NCBI GenBank assembly: GCA_005772855.1
Contig: SXIK01000196.1
Span: 2,100 to 66,099, forward strand
Source of the DNA: Planctomycetia bacterium
Lineage (GTDB): Bacteria; Planctomycetota; UBA8108; SXIK01
DNA: 64,000 bases
Direction: 5' to 3'
Shown: one piece after another, positions 37,777 to 48,144 of the stretch
Position numbering within the stretch: position 1 is the stretch's first letter
How the letters are laid out: every line of letters begins with the position of its first letter
Program-made: the position numbers and the translations under genes
Notes under the pieces: generated by a model
What the model was told of the DNA's origin: nothing
What the model saw: the letters and a program-made list of their open reading frames with translations, nothing else
The model's database searches: none

Positions 37777-39786
37777 ATGCCCAACTTTCCCAAGTTACTT
37801 GTGGGGCCGTGCCAAAAGACAATGTCAAGACCGTTGGAAGTGCCGCTAGTGGAAGAGTTGACCTCTTGCCAGAACCCCCTGGATTTCAAGCGTTGTGTGG
37901 GCACAAGCCTCCGGGAGGTGGAGAGGCTTCTCAAGGAGATTCTGGAGGTGCGCTCAAAGCGCAACCGAGAGAACACGCTGGTTCCCTACAATCGCCTCAT
38001 GTTGGACCTGGGAAGTCTTTCGAACGCAATCTCCTGCCTGCGGAGCGTGCACCCTGCAGAGGAGATCCGCAGGGCGGCGGAGGAAAGCGAGAAGGAGGTG
38101 GCGAGACTTGCGACTTCGCTGAGTCTCAACCAGGAGCTTTATCAGGGCATCCGGCAGTGTGACCCTCTGACGCTCGACGCCAAGGGAAAGAGGCTCCTGA
38201 AGCACCTGTTGCGGGACTTCCACAGGGCTGGCGTCGATCGTGACGATGCCACACGGGAGCAAGTTTGTGTCCTCCGAGACAAGATCGTGGCGACGGGGCA
38301 GGAGTTTCTTCGCAACATTGTGAAGGACGTGAGGTTGATCGAGCTCGAGGGACTCGAGGAGCTTGAGGGCCTCCCTGTGGACTACGTCCGGGAGCATGCG
38401 CCTCAACCGAACGGCAAGATCCGAATCACGACCGATTCTCCCGACTACAACCCCTTCATGACCTATGCGACGAGCGACACCCGGCGCCGTGAGCTTTACA
38501 CGGAGTTTCGTCGCAGAGGGTTTCCTGACAATCTCGAGGTGCTCCGGCTGCTGATGACCCAGCGGCATCAATTGGCCACCCTCCTGGGCTACTCTTCCTG
38601 GGCAAGCTACGTCGCCGAGGACAAGATGATTCAGACGCCGGAGGCGATCGGCGAGTTCATTGAGAGGGTGAGCCGTGTTTCCCAGACGCGCGCCCGGCGG
38701 GAGTACGACGAGCTCCTTTCGCAGAAGCGGAAGCTCGACCCTGGTGCCACGGAGGTCCACGACTGGGAGAAAACCTGGTTGGAGGGCTCCATTCGCTCGG
38801 AAAAGCATCAGTTCGACTTCAGAGCTGTCCGGACCTACTTCGAATACGGCCGCGTGAAAACGGGAGTCTTGTCGCTCGTGGAGGACCTCTTCGGGGTTCG
38901 CTTCGAGCCCGATTTGAATGCAATTCACTGGCATCCTGACGTCGAAGTTTACAACGTCCTCGAGGGTGGATGTCGGGTGGGCCGCATCTATCTCGACATG
39001 CACCCTCGAGAGGGCAAATTCAAGCACGCTGCCCTGTTCCCGCTCGTCAGAGGTGCGCGGAACCTCGCTGTTCCGGAGGCGGCGCTTGTGTGCAACTTTC
39101 CCAATCCGCGACTCGCGCAGGGTCCGGCGCTTCTGGATCATGACGAGGTCCTCACCTTGCTCCACGAGTTCGGTCATCTGCTTCACCAGCTCTTCGCGCG
39201 AGAAGAAGAGTGGTCCAGGTTCAACGGCATTTCCAACGAGTGGGATTTCATCGAGGTTCCCTCGCAGCTCTTCGAGGAGTGGGGTTGGGAATACGACGCG
39301 CTCAAGCGATTTGCGATCCACCACGAGACGGGCGAGACGATCCCGAGGGACTTGGTTGAACGGTTGCGCCGGGCCAAGGCCTTCGGTCGGAGTCTCGCGG
39401 TGCGCCATCAGATGTTCTATGCATCCTTGTCGCTCGAGTGCTTTGGCCCCGAAGCTCCAGATCTCGACACGACCCGTGTCGTTGAGGAATGTCAGGGACG
39501 GCACAGCCTCTTCCGCTTCGTTCCAGGAACCTATTTCCAGGCGAGCTTTGGCCATCTCAACGATTACTCCGCCCTCTACTACACCTACATGTGGTCGCTT
39601 GTGATCGAGAAGGACATCTGTGTTCATTGGCGCAAGAGTGGCCTGATGAGCCGTGAGGCCGCCGCGCGCTACCGGGACTGCATTCTTCGGCCTGGAGGTT
39701 CGCTGGACGCCGCGGACCTTGTCCGCAGCTTCCTCGGCAGGGACTATGTGTTCAAGGCGTTCGAGGAATGGCTTGAAGTGGTGTGA
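37777..39786 (+). CDS. M3-family zinc metallopeptidase (oligopeptidase A / thimet oligopeptidase / Dcp-like)
   Basis: HEFGHLLH zinc motif with downstream E in a conserved M3 context. ~669 aa from ATG 37777. The ORF-track start at 37609 lies inside a repeat element and is rejected. Confidence 0.8.
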   Translation: MPNFPKLLVGPCQKTMSRPLEVPLVEELTSCQNPLDFKRCVGTSLREVERLLKEILEVRSKRNRENTLVPYNRLMLDLGSLSNAISCLRSVHPAEEIRRAAEESEKEVARLATSLSLNQELYQGIRQCDPLTLDAKGKRLLKHLLRDFHRAGVDRDDATREQVCVLRDKIVATGQEFLRNIVKDVRLIELEGLEELEGLPVDYVREHAPQPNGKIRITTDSPDYNPFMTYATSDTRRRELYTEFRRRGFPDNLEVLRLLMTQRHQLATLLGYSSWASYVAEDKMIQTPEAIGEFIERVSRVSQTRARREYDELLSQKRKLDPGATEVHDWEKTWLEGSIRSEKHQFDFRAVRTYFEYGRVKTGVLSLVEDLFGVRFEPDLNAIHWHPDVEVYNVLEGGCRVGRIYLDMHPREGKFKHAALFPLVRGARNLAVPEAALVCNFPNPRLAQGPALLDHDEVLTLLHEFGHLLHQLFAREEEWSRFNGISNEWDFIEVPSQLFEEWGWEYDALKRFAIHHETGETIPRDLVERLRRAKAFGRSLAVRHQMFYASLSLECFGPEAPDLDTTRVVEECQGRHSLFRFVPGTYFQASFGHLNDYSALYYTYMWSLVIEKDICVHWRKSGLMSREAAARYRDCILRPGGSLDAADLVRSFLGRDYVFKAFEEWLEVV

Positions 39787-39804
39787 TGCCACGAACTGGA
39801 GCGG

Positions 39805-41292
39805 TCAGAGGAGCGGAGTTAGCAGGCGCGCCGTGCCTTCAAGCAGAGTTGGCCAGAAGGGGCCGCTCTTCTCCAGGAGTTGCACGCTGCGGCTGTTTTG
39901 GACGTCGCACCAGAAGTCCTTCCTCAGCTTGCGCGACAGGTTTTCGTCAAGGATCAACGCTGTCACCTCGAAATTGAGCAAGAAGCTTCGCACATCCATG
40001 TTTGCGGATCCGACGAGTGTCCAGGTGTCGTCGATGCTCACCACCTTCGAGTGGAGCATGCCGTGGCGGAACTCGTGGATTCTGACTCCGGCGCGGACGA
40101 GGTCCTGGTAATAGCTGCGGCCAGCCCAGAGGACCAGGCGGCTATCGGTCTTTGCAGGGATCAGGATGTCGACCTGGATTCCACGGTAGGCCGCGTGCTG
40201 AAGTGCGAGGATGAGGCCCGGGTCGGGAACGAAGTACGGCGTGCTGATCCGAATGCTCCTTCTTGCCAGCGCGAGAGCTGCGAAGAAGATGTGGCTGAGG
40301 ATCGGAGGCTCCTGATCCGGGCCGGTGGGTACGATCTGCACGAGCGAGTCGCCTCTGGCGGGCTGCCTCTTCATGTATCGATCGCCGGTCAGGTTTTCCT
40401 TTGCGGCGAAGTACCAGTCTTCGACGAACACCTCCTGCAGCTCACGCACCGCCGGGCCCTCGAGTCGGAGATGAGTGTCCTTCCAGGGTCCTGACCGGCG
40501 CAAGAGGCCCCGGTACTCGTCGCCGATGTTCTGGCTGCCTGCAAAGGCCACTTCGGCATCCACTACCACAATCTTTCGGTGGTTCCTGCAGTTGATATGC
40601 CACGTGCGTCGCCAGGGGATCGCCGGCAGGAAAAACGCCACATGGCCGCCCGCCTCGAGGAGAGGGCGGAAGAATCTTCGGGATGTGCGCCACGAACCGA
40701 TGGCGTCGATGAGTACGCGCACCTCAACGCCCTGACGCGCCTTTTCGGTGAGGCGATCCAGGAACATCTTTCCCGTGGCGTCGGGCCGGTAGATGTAGTA
40801 CTCGAGGTGAACGTGATTCCTCGCTCCGTTGATGGCTTGCAAGATGCTCTCGTAGGTCTCCTGCGCGGTCAGCGATGCCTCGACCAAGTTGCCGGCCGTG
40901 GGCGGAACAGTACCCAGCTTGCTGGAAAGCTCGGCGAGCTGGCGCAGGCTTTCGTCAAGGCCGGGGTTGGCCTGCAGCTGCCTGAGTGCGGCTGCTGTGG
41001 CTTCTTCGCGGTCCGCGCTGCTCGCCAGTGCCTCGATGATGGGCGCCATGCGCTTGCGAATCTTTCGCGTCCGCCGGCGAACCCGACGCTCACCAATCAT
41101 GTAATAAAACACAGCCCCCACGATCGGCATGAGAAGAATGCCGAAGATCCAGGCCAGCATGGTCATCGGCTCCTTCCGCTGGCGAAGGACATGGGTAATC
41201 GCCCAGACGGTCAAGCCCTGCGTGACGAGGAATATGGCCCACCAGCTCAACCTGGGGAGGAGCGAGGCGAAGTCTGTGAAGGTTTCTCCCAA
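39805..41292 (-). CDS. cls: Cardiolipin synthase (PLD superfamily, two HKD motifs)
   Basis: N-terminal TM helices. HKD motifs HRKIVVVD...GSQNIGDEY and HSKVVSIDDTWTLVGSANMDVRS. Confidence 0.85.
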   Translation of the reverse strand: MGETFTDFASLLPRLSWWAIFLVTQGLTVWAITHVLRQRKEPMTMLAWIFGILLMPIVGAVFYYMIGERRVRRRTRKIRKRMAPIIEALASSADREEATAAALRQLQANPGLDESLRQLAELSSKLGTVPPTAGNLVEASLTAQETYESILQAINGARNHVHLEYYIYRPDATGKMFLDRLTEKARQGVEVRVLIDAIGSWRTSRRFFRPLLEAGGHVAFFLPAIPWRRTWHINCRNHRKIVVVDAEVAFAGSQNIGDEYRGLLRRSGPWKDTHLRLEGPAVRELQEVFVEDWYFAAKENLTGDRYMKRQPARGDSLVQIVPTGPDQEPPILSHIFFAALALARRSIRISTPYFVPDPGLILALQHAAYRGIQVDILIPAKTDSRLVLWAGRSYYQDLVRAGVRIHEFRHGMLHSKVVSIDDTWTLVGSANMDVRSFLLNFEVTALILDENLSRKLRKDFWCDVQNSRSVQLLEKSGPFWPTLLEGTARLLTPLL

Positions 41293-41321
41293 CGCGTTTT
41301 CCGAGCTGATTTATCGACGCC

Positions 41322-42341
41322 TCAGTTCCCGCCCGAGACTTTCGCGGTGACCTTGTAGTTGCCGTTGGCCCGTCCGGTATTTTGAGGTACCGGGCATACT
41401 GCCATGTAGAGGCGCCCCGTCGTCTTTGCTTTGCCGTTGAAGGTGCTCCCGATCAGGAAGGGGGGGCCCCTTTTCCCAATCTTGCCTATGAGCGAAAGCA
41501 TGGGGAAATTCTGAAACGTCGTTCCACCCCAGTCGCGATTTCCATCGGGGCCCGAGGAGATCCCGTAGTTCCGCACGCCGATGGCGCCCGAGGCCTCGAT
41601 CCTGAGCTTCTGGCCCCTTTCGACGTCGAATTTCGTATCGAGCCAGCTGCCTGGCGGCTGATAGGTGGGAGCGATTTCGATCTTGAGGTTTTCAGGGCCA
41701 CTGACGCGAAATACGACCGCACTCAGGTCGGCGATCAAGACCTTCAGCTCTCCGTACCTACTCTCGATCAGCAGGTCCTCGATCGGGATCACCCCCTTCA
41801 CGGTCATTCGGGTAGTCAGGATCTCGTCGTCGGTGCCCGAGAGGCTCGGGACGAGATCCTCGCTTGTGGCGCCCTCTGCCGGAAACTTCCTGGCAAGCTC
41901 CTCGATCAGGCCTGTCGCACGATTCTTGACTTCCTCGTTGGTCGACTTGGCCGCCGCTCGCAGCGCCTCGAGCGCCGGCAAGGCGATATCACTGAGGCCC
42001 TTTGTCGCCTCCTCGCGCCTGTCGAAGTCCTCATTCCCCAGATCGGCGATGAGGCCGTCGATCCGGTTCTTCAACTCGGGTGCGATTCGCCTCGCGAAGC
42101 GAATCTTCAGGATCTGATCCCGTGGGATGCTCAGGGCCCCGTACAGAGTTCGGATCTCGAGGGTCTCGAACTTCGGAGCGCCTGTGATCTTGCTCCTGTC
42201 CCGGAGGTAGAACGTGGGCAGCATTGAGGGTTTGTCACTTGCGTCCCTGGCCTTGGGGCCGTCATGAGCTGCAGGGAGCGACTTCAGCCCGGCGGAGATA
42301 CAGAGGAATAGAAGGAGTGTGTTGCGTAGAATCATGCTCAC
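41322..42341 (-). CDS. Secreted protein with helical-repeat N-terminal region and C-terminal PA14/lectin-like beta-sandwich
   Basis: Signal peptide MSMILRNTLLLFLCISAGL. C-terminal Gly/Asn-rich beta-rich domain. No catalytic motifs recognised. Confidence 0.45.
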   Translation of the reverse strand: MSMILRNTLLLFLCISAGLKSLPAAHDGPKARDASDKPSMLPTFYLRDRSKITGAPKFETLEIRTLYGALSIPRDQILKIRFARRIAPELKNRIDGLIADLGNEDFDRREEATKGLSDIALPALEALRAAAKSTNEEVKNRATGLIEELARKFPAEGATSEDLVPSLSGTDDEILTTRMTVKGVIPIEDLLIESRYGELKVLIADLSAVVFRVSGPENLKIEIAPTYQPPGSWLDTKFDVERGQKLRIEASGAIGVRNYGISSGPDGNRDWGGTTFQNFPMLSLIGKIGKRGPPFLIGSTFNGKAKTTGRLYMAVCPVPQNTGRANGNYKVTAKVSGGN

Positions 42342-42438
42342 GAATCTCCAGAAGATCTCAGCATTGCGTCCTGTCGGCTGATGATAGTTTTCGTGCGTGA
42401 GGAGACATCATGTTTTTTTTGCCTTTCGAGGGGGCTGA

Positions 42439-43608
42439 GTGATGCAGCCGGCGTCCAGGGAGTTCGTGGTCCTGGGGGGAGGCGTGATGGGCTTGAGCGT
42501 GGCGAGGGAGTTGGCTCAGCGCGGAGTGAAGGTGACCCTGATCGAGAAGGGCTCGATCTCCGCCGACACGCAGGGCGCCGCCACCTGGGCTTCGCTCGGA
42601 GTCCTGGGCGCTTCGACGGGTGGACGTTCGCCCTGGAAGAGGCTGCAATCCTACGGGTATCGGACGTATCCGGCGCTCGCCGTCGGCCTTCTCGCCGAGA
42701 CCGGCATGGATATCGGCTACAGCGTTCGAGGCTCGTTGCATCTCAAGTCGGAGCTGCCGAGGCTTGGGACCCAAGTCAGGGCTGAACGGCTCTACCGCGA
42801 GGCGGGACTCGAGGCCAAGTGGCTCGCGAGCAAGGAGCTCTCGGAGCTGGTGCCAGGGCTTTTCGACCGAGAGGACTCGAGCTTTCGGGCTGCGTTTTAC
42901 ATTGCAAGCGAAGCCATCGTGCATCCGCCAAGTCTCGCACGGGCTCTGAAGGCCTCGTGCGAGAGGCGAGGAGTCCGTCTGCGCGAGCGCTCGGGTGAGG
43001 CTCGGCTGGCGGGGACCGATGAGGCCTTCGTCGAGGTGGCAGGGGAACGGATCGGGGGCGTCGGCGTTGTCCTCTGCGCGGGCTGCTGGTCGGGGCTCGC
43101 CTCGAACTCGATGGGGTACTTGGGTGTCCCCATCCGGGCGGTGCGCGGCCAGGCGATCGAGGTTCCCATGGACCGACCGTCATGCCCCAACCTGCGATTT
43201 GAGTCGCCATCCCTGCGCAGGGAGTACCAGATCGTCTCGAAGGGGAACGGCCTTGCATGGGTCGGTAGCACCGTCGAAGACGCTGGGTTCGATCCTTGCG
43301 TCACTTCCGCCGGGCTCCGGGAGCTCATCGAGGCTGCTCGGCGTGTGCTGCCGGACCTCCGCGAGAAGGACATAGTGCGCTCCTGGGCAGGCCTCAGGCC
43401 CCAGGCGCTTCGGCCTGGCGGTCCGTTTCTTGGCCGAGTTCCCGGCTGGAAGAACGTGTGGGTCGCTTCCGGGCATTACCGCAGTGGCATCCTCACCGGG
43501 CCAGCCTCGGCCAGGCTTCTCGTGCAGGACATCCTCGGAGAAGAGATCCTCGAGGAGGAAACAGGCTTCGACCGAGAAGCCCTTGCGGCGTTTCGCGTGG
43601 AGCGGTAA
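42439..43608 (+). CDS. FAD-dependent oxidoreductase (DAO family; glycine-oxidase ThiO-like)
   Basis: N-terminal dinucleotide fold VVLGGGVMGLSVARELAQRGVKVTLIEKG. DAO-family length and C-terminal motifs. Confidence 0.65.
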   Translation: MMQPASREFVVLGGGVMGLSVARELAQRGVKVTLIEKGSISADTQGAATWASLGVLGASTGGRSPWKRLQSYGYRTYPALAVGLLAETGMDIGYSVRGSLHLKSELPRLGTQVRAERLYREAGLEAKWLASKELSELVPGLFDREDSSFRAAFYIASEAIVHPPSLARALKASCERRGVRLRERSGEARLAGTDEAFVEVAGERIGGVGVVLCAGCWSGLASNSMGYLGVPIRAVRGQAIEVPMDRPSCPNLRFESPSLRREYQIVSKGNGLAWVGSTVEDAGFDPCVTSAGLRELIEAARRVLPDLREKDIVRSWAGLRPQALRPGGPFLGRVPGWKNVWVASGHYRSGILTGPASARLLVQDILGEEILEEETGFDREALAAFRVER

Positions 43609-43610
43609 GG

Positions 43611-44441
43611 CTACTTGTCGAGCTCCGCCATCGTTTTTTGAAACTCGATCTGATACTGCTCCTCCGCGAGGGCGCCATCCTTGCGCAGGCGGTTCAAACT
43701 GTCGAGGCGGTCTCGGACGCGCTGATAGCGAGCCTCTTTCTCCGGATCCTTCGCGGCGTTGGGTGGCGCGGTGGCCGGCGCTGGCTGCGCTGCGACCTTG
43801 CTCTTCACCGTCGGAGTGATTTCTGCGAGCCGAGCCTTGAGCCACCGGGGATGGAGCGTACCCGATACTGTATGGAGTTCTGTGCCCGTGGGGGGGTAGA
43901 GTGGCGAAGCGTCCACGAGCGCGGTTGGGTCGTCCGGGAATGCAATGCGCATGGGCTCGTTGCTCTCCGGAAGGTGGATGCCCTCGTCAATCTTGTCGAG
44001 GGCGATGTCGAGTACGCCGTCCTCGGTCGAGAACATGACCCCCGTGGTGCCGCTTGGCCCGAAGAGGACATCTGACCACGACGAGCGTACGATCAGGAAT
44101 CGGAGCCGCTCGTCCGGCTGAATCTCTTCCAGGGCCAGCGCGATGGGCTCGGCGGAGGCATCAATCTCTGCGGGAATGAAGACATTGGCCCTCGTTGATT
44201 TGAGCAAGTGGTCGTGCCTGTAACTGAGCTGGCTCATGAGGGACGCGAGCTTGTCCGCCGAGAGCTTCATGGGATGTTTGTAGCCCAGGGCCACTCGCTG
44301 CCCGTCTTTCTCCAGGTGTTCGCGCAGGAGGACCAGGTTCGCAGTGGCATAAAGAGGCGGCGGCAACCGCTTCCAGGGAGATGATGAGCAGCCAGACGCC
44401 AGAGCGGCGCAAAGGATCGCAGGGGTGAGGCGGACGTTCAT
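43611..44441 (-). CDS. Hypothetical lipoprotein
   Basis: Lipobox LCAALASGCSS. No recognised domain. A K/E-rich C-terminal helix. Confidence 0.4.
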   Translation of the reverse strand: MNVRLTPAILCAALASGCSSSPWKRLPPPLYATANLVLLREHLEKDGQRVALGYKHPMKLSADKLASLMSQLSYRHDHLLKSTRANVFIPAEIDASAEPIALALEEIQPDERLRFLIVRSSWSDVLFGPSGTTGVMFSTEDGVLDIALDKIDEGIHLPESNEPMRIAFPDDPTALVDASPLYPPTGTELHTVSGTLHPRWLKARLAEITPTVKSKVAAQPAPATAPPNAAKDPEKEARYQRVRDRLDSLNRLRKDGALAEEQYQIEFQKTMAELDK

Positions 44442-44558
44442 GGGGGCAACATCATCGACCTCAAGGTATGGAAAAGCAAGATCCCGACGTACAATCTAAA
44501 GAGGTCGATTTTCTGCCATCCAGGACTTTGGTATTTCTGTCAGAGGAGTCTGATACCT

Positions 44559-45749
44559 GTGAAACCTGATCTATCCCGGCGACAGTTTCTCGCTCATTCG
44601 GCAGGAATTGCTGGTGCCTCGCTGGGGATCGGGCTGCCGGCGGTGGGCGCCGCAAGCGTGGCGGGAACTCCTGACGGCGCCGAGATCCGTCTGGGGTGGA
44701 TCGGGCTTGGAGACCGAGGCAAACACCTCCTCGAGGCGTTTCTCTCTCTCCAGCGGTCCCTCGAGGGCGCGAAGGCTCGCGTGACAGCTCTCTGTGACGT
44801 TAACCCGCAGCGGTTGAAGCGAGCGCTTGAGCTTGTCCGCCGACCCGAGCCTTCACTCGACAAGCCGCGAGGTTATTCGAATTATCGCGCGTTGCTAGAT
44901 GACAGAGATGTCGATGCCGTCGTGATCGCCACGCCCGTCCACCTCCACGCTGAAGAGACCATCACGGCGCTCCACGCATCCAAGCACGTTTATTGCGAGA
45001 AGCCGCTGGCGCACACGCTCGAGGCCTGTCTTGAGGTTGCGAAGGCTGCCCGAAATGCGGAGCAAGCGCGGCGGATCCTTCAGGTCGGTCTCCAGCGACG
45101 CTATAGCCCCCGCTACCGCCGGAGCATCGACCTCGTGCGTTCGGGCGATGCAGGTCGCGTCCTCTTTGTGCGTGCCCAGTGGCACGCTGCCGGCAACTCG
45201 CCCAAGGACAAGCCCTGGATCTTCCAGCGCGAGAAGTCGGGTGGCATGGTGCTCGAGCAGGCCTGCCATCAGTTCGACGTCTTCAACTGGCTTCTTGGGT
45301 CGACTCCCCTGAGAGCTTGCGGCTTCGGCGGAACGTCCCGCTTTGTCGACGAGCCGCCCGGTCGCAACACCATGGACCATTATGGCGCGGTGCTCGAGTA
45401 TCCCCTGGGCGCCCGCGTGCAGCTCAGTCACCTCAGCTTCGCGATCCCTGACCGTCGGTTCTCCGGGATCTACGAGCTCGCATTCACTGAGCGCATGGGA
45501 ATTGACCTTCCCAACGCTGTGGCCTGGTCGGAGTCGGGGGCGACACGGCAGCTCTTGCCCGAGGGAGGCGCGGGCTCGCTCAACGACACACAGCTCGCAC
45601 TTCGAGGTTTCCTCGAGTCGATCGCGACCGGCCGTGCTGCCGAGGCGGGGCTCGAGGCTGGCCTTGCCTCCACGAAGACTGCGATCCTCTGCCAGCGGGC
45701 GCTCGAGTTGGGCCGGGTCGTGGAATGGAAGGAGCTCGGGTCCGTTTGA
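44559..45749 (+). CDS. Gfo/Idh/MocA-family NAD(P)-dependent oxidoreductase with Tat signal peptide
   Basis: Twin-arginine motif SRRQFLAHSAG. Rossmann motif GWIGLGDRG. Gfo/Idh/MocA C-terminal domain. Confidence 0.75.
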   Translation: MKPDLSRRQFLAHSAGIAGASLGIGLPAVGAASVAGTPDGAEIRLGWIGLGDRGKHLLEAFLSLQRSLEGAKARVTALCDVNPQRLKRALELVRRPEPSLDKPRGYSNYRALLDDRDVDAVVIATPVHLHAEETITALHASKHVYCEKPLAHTLEACLEVAKAARNAEQARRILQVGLQRRYSPRYRRSIDLVRSGDAGRVLFVRAQWHAAGNSPKDKPWIFQREKSGGMVLEQACHQFDVFNWLLGSTPLRACGFGGTSRFVDEPPGRNTMDHYGAVLEYPLGARVQLSHLSFAIPDRRFSGIYELAFTERMGIDLPNAVAWSESGATRQLLPEGGAGSLNDTQLALRGFLESIATGRAAEAGLEAGLASTKTAILCQRALELGRVVEWKELGSV

Positions 45750-47194
45750 CGAGGCGAGAGTGGGGGCTTCTTGGGCTTGTCGCAGGCCTCGGCTGGATGA
45801 TTCCAGCGCTCTCCTTCGACCTTCGTCTTCCGGACGAGCCCCGCGTCGCGCACACGAGCTTCGAGATGCTGCGTACCGGTGACTTTGTGGTGCCGACCGT
45901 CAACGGGAGGCCGTTCCTCCAGACGCCTCCGCTCCACTATTGGATCCTCGGCACCTGGATCTGGCTCGCCGATAACGGCAGGGACGGTCTTGCCCGCATC
46001 CCGTCGGTGCTCTTTGGCCTCGGCACGCTCCTCGTGGTCGGGCGCATGGCGAGTCGTCGCTCGTCCGGGCGTGTTGCCTTCCTCTCCGTGGGCACGCTCG
46101 CGAGCACGATGGGCTTCTGGGACGGTGGCCAGCGCGTCGTGGTCGATGTTTCCATGACTTTTTTCATCACGCTGGCGCTCTGGCAGGTCAGCGAGGCCCT
46201 CGCCGACGGAGATTTCACCGTGCGCTCGGGTCTCCTGGCCGGCCTGGCGACGGGCTGTGCCTTCCTGTCGAAGGGTTTTTCCGGTCCAGTGATCGTCGCC
46301 AGCGCAGCGGCGATTCCCCTCTGCCTCGTTCGAGAAATTCCAAGGCGTGCGCTTCTCAACTGGTGTTCGGGCCTGGTTCTTGGGTGCTGCCTGGTGGCGT
46401 TGCCCTGGACGGTGCTCCTGTGGCTCAGGGACCCTGCTTACGCAAGCGAGCTTCTCTTCTCCCACGTATCGGCCCGCTTCCTCCACGGCACGCACAAGGA
46501 TGCTTCCAACTTCGCGTTTGTTCACCGATCGATCCTGAAGCTTCTCCCCTGGGGCCTCGCACTCCCGCTTGCGATCGCTTGCGCCGTGCGAGCCGTGCGT
46601 GGAAATCGAGAGGTGCGGGAAGGCGATCGCAAGTGGCAGGCGATGCTGCTCTCGTGGTTCTTCCTGCCCCTGGTCCTTCTCCTTATTTCGCGGAGCAAGC
46701 GGAATATCTACCTTCTGCCTGTTTTCCCTGCCTTCGCGATGCTTCTTGGGCTCTGGCTCGAGAGGTTGATCCTTCGTGGGCACCGCGAGCGTCATGTCCT
46801 GGCGCTTCTCTGGGCAGGTGCCGTGTTGCTGCCGATCGGGGGCTTCGCCTATCAGCGCTGGAACACGGCGGAGTCGACTCTGGAGCCCCTGGGCCGTCAC
46901 GTTGCAGGGCTCGATCGAACCGGAGCGGTCGTCGTCGGCTATCGGCTCGTGGAGCGGGAGGAGGGCGCGCTCGGATGGTACCTCCGCCATTCCTTCGAGA
47001 ACGTTGAAGATGAAGTTGCCTTGCTCGCGGTCCTGCGCTGTGCTGGTTCCAGCGCCGTGGCGGTGGGAGAAGAGCGTGAGCTTGCGGAGGCGCTTGAGAA
47101 GATTGGAGTTGCCAACCCCGAGACGAAGGTAAAGTTCCGGCAGCGGCTGCGCGGCAGGATTCTCGAGGCCTGCCAGGTGATGTTACCCGACTGA
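45725..47194 (+). CDS. GT39/GT83-type membrane glycosyltransferase (ArnT/PMT-like, polyprenyl-phosphate-sugar dependent)
   Basis: Polytopic membrane protein with ArnT/PMT-like N-terminal loop and helices (GRPFLQTPPLHYWILGTWIWL; FWDGGQRVVVDVSMTFFITLALW). Confidence 0.6.
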   Translation: MEGARVRLTRREWGLLGLVAGLGWMIPALSFDLRLPDEPRVAHTSFEMLRTGDFVVPTVNGRPFLQTPPLHYWILGTWIWLADNGRDGLARIPSVLFGLGTLLVVGRMASRRSSGRVAFLSVGTLASTMGFWDGGQRVVVDVSMTFFITLALWQVSEALADGDFTVRSGLLAGLATGCAFLSKGFSGPVIVASAAAIPLCLVREIPRRALLNWCSGLVLGCCLVALPWTVLLWLRDPAYASELLFSHVSARFLHGTHKDASNFAFVHRSILKLLPWGLALPLAIACAVRAVRGNREVREGDRKWQAMLLSWFFLPLVLLLISRSKRNIYLLPVFPAFAMLLGLWLERLILRGHRERHVLALLWAGAVLLPIGGFAYQRWNTAESTLEPLGRHVAGLDRTGAVVVGYRLVEREEGALGWYLRHSFENVEDEVALLAVLRCAGSSAVAVGEERELAEALEKIGVANPETKVKFRQRLRGRILEACQVMLPD

Positions 47195-47229
47195 GTCGTT
47201 TGAGATGCTGATAACGAGAGGATCCACGA

Positions 47230-47790
47230 ATGCGAATCACGAAGGTTTACACACGAGTGGGCGATGGTGGCGACACCTATCTTGGCGGTGGGCAGAAGGT
47301 GCCGAAGGAGAGTCTGCGCGTTGATGCCTACGGCACCGTGGACGAGCTCAACAGCTCGCTCGGTGTCGCGCTGGCCCAGGGGTTGGACTTCGAGCTCGTG
47401 CGCGTTCTCTCCCGGGCGCAGAACGATCTCTTCCACCTGGGTTCGGATCTCTGCGTGCTCGAAGAGGACAAGAAGAAATTCAAGATTCCGCAGGTGGAGA
47501 AAAGGCACGTGGACGCGCTCGAGCAAGAGATCGACAAGCTTCAGGAGCATCTGAAGCCCCTCGAGGAATTCATATTGCCGGGCGGCACGCCGGGGGCCGC
47601 GCAACTCCACGTGGCTCGCACGATCTGTCGGCGCGCCGAGCGTCTTGTGGTGGCTCTCGGCCGCAAGGAGGCGATTGGCGCATTCGCTGTCATGTACTTG
47701 AACCGCTTCTCGGACTACCTCTTTGTCGCGGCCCGGCACGAGAACCGTGTCAAGGGCCGAGCCGACGTGGAGTGGCAGAAGAGCCTGTAG
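47230..47790 (+). CDS. ATP:cob(I)alamin adenosyltransferase, PduO type
   Basis: MRITKVYTRVGDGGDTYLGGGQKVPK...YGTVDELNS is characteristic of PduO/MMAB-type adenosyltransferases. ~186 aa. Confidence 0.8.
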   Translation: MRITKVYTRVGDGGDTYLGGGQKVPKESLRVDAYGTVDELNSSLGVALAQGLDFELVRVLSRAQNDLFHLGSDLCVLEEDKKKFKIPQVEKRHVDALEQEIDKLQEHLKPLEEFILPGGTPGAAQLHVARTICRRAERLVVALGRKEAIGAFAVMYLNRFSDYLFVAARHENRVKGRADVEWQKSL

Positions 47791-47961
47791 GAGCGTCTCC
47801 GCCGGACGAATTGCCAAGAGTCTGGACGCCGCCAGCCTGGGGCTGGCCCTGTCAGCACGGCTCAAACTCTGCCCTGGAGCGCGCGTTTGAGGGGCCGCGC
47901 CGGTTCGGTACGCTCCTTGCGGGCTCTCTGGATGGAGTTTGCTGAGTCGAGAGAGTCCACC

Positions 47962-48144
47962 ATGAGAGAAGAATCAATCCAGCCTGAAAATTCTGCCCCG
48001 TTGCGGCCGCCCGTGCCGCCTTCAGTCGAGACCCAGGATGGACCCGAGCGCCTGGTTTTCGTCTTGCGATATGACGAGGAGCTCACCTACCTCGTGAACG
48101 AGGGCCTCGTGCGGCCCGGGACACAGCCGAGCGGGCTCAAGTGA
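47962..48144 (+). CDS. Small hypothetical protein (~60 aa), possibly translationally coupled to the downstream actin-like gene
   Basis: ATG MREESIQPEN... in frame to a stop at 48144 that overlaps the GTG at 48141 of the next ORF. No recognised domain. Confidence 0.25.
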   Translation: MREESIQPENSAPLRPPVPPSVETQDGPERLVFVLRYDEELTYLVNEGLVRPGTQPSGLK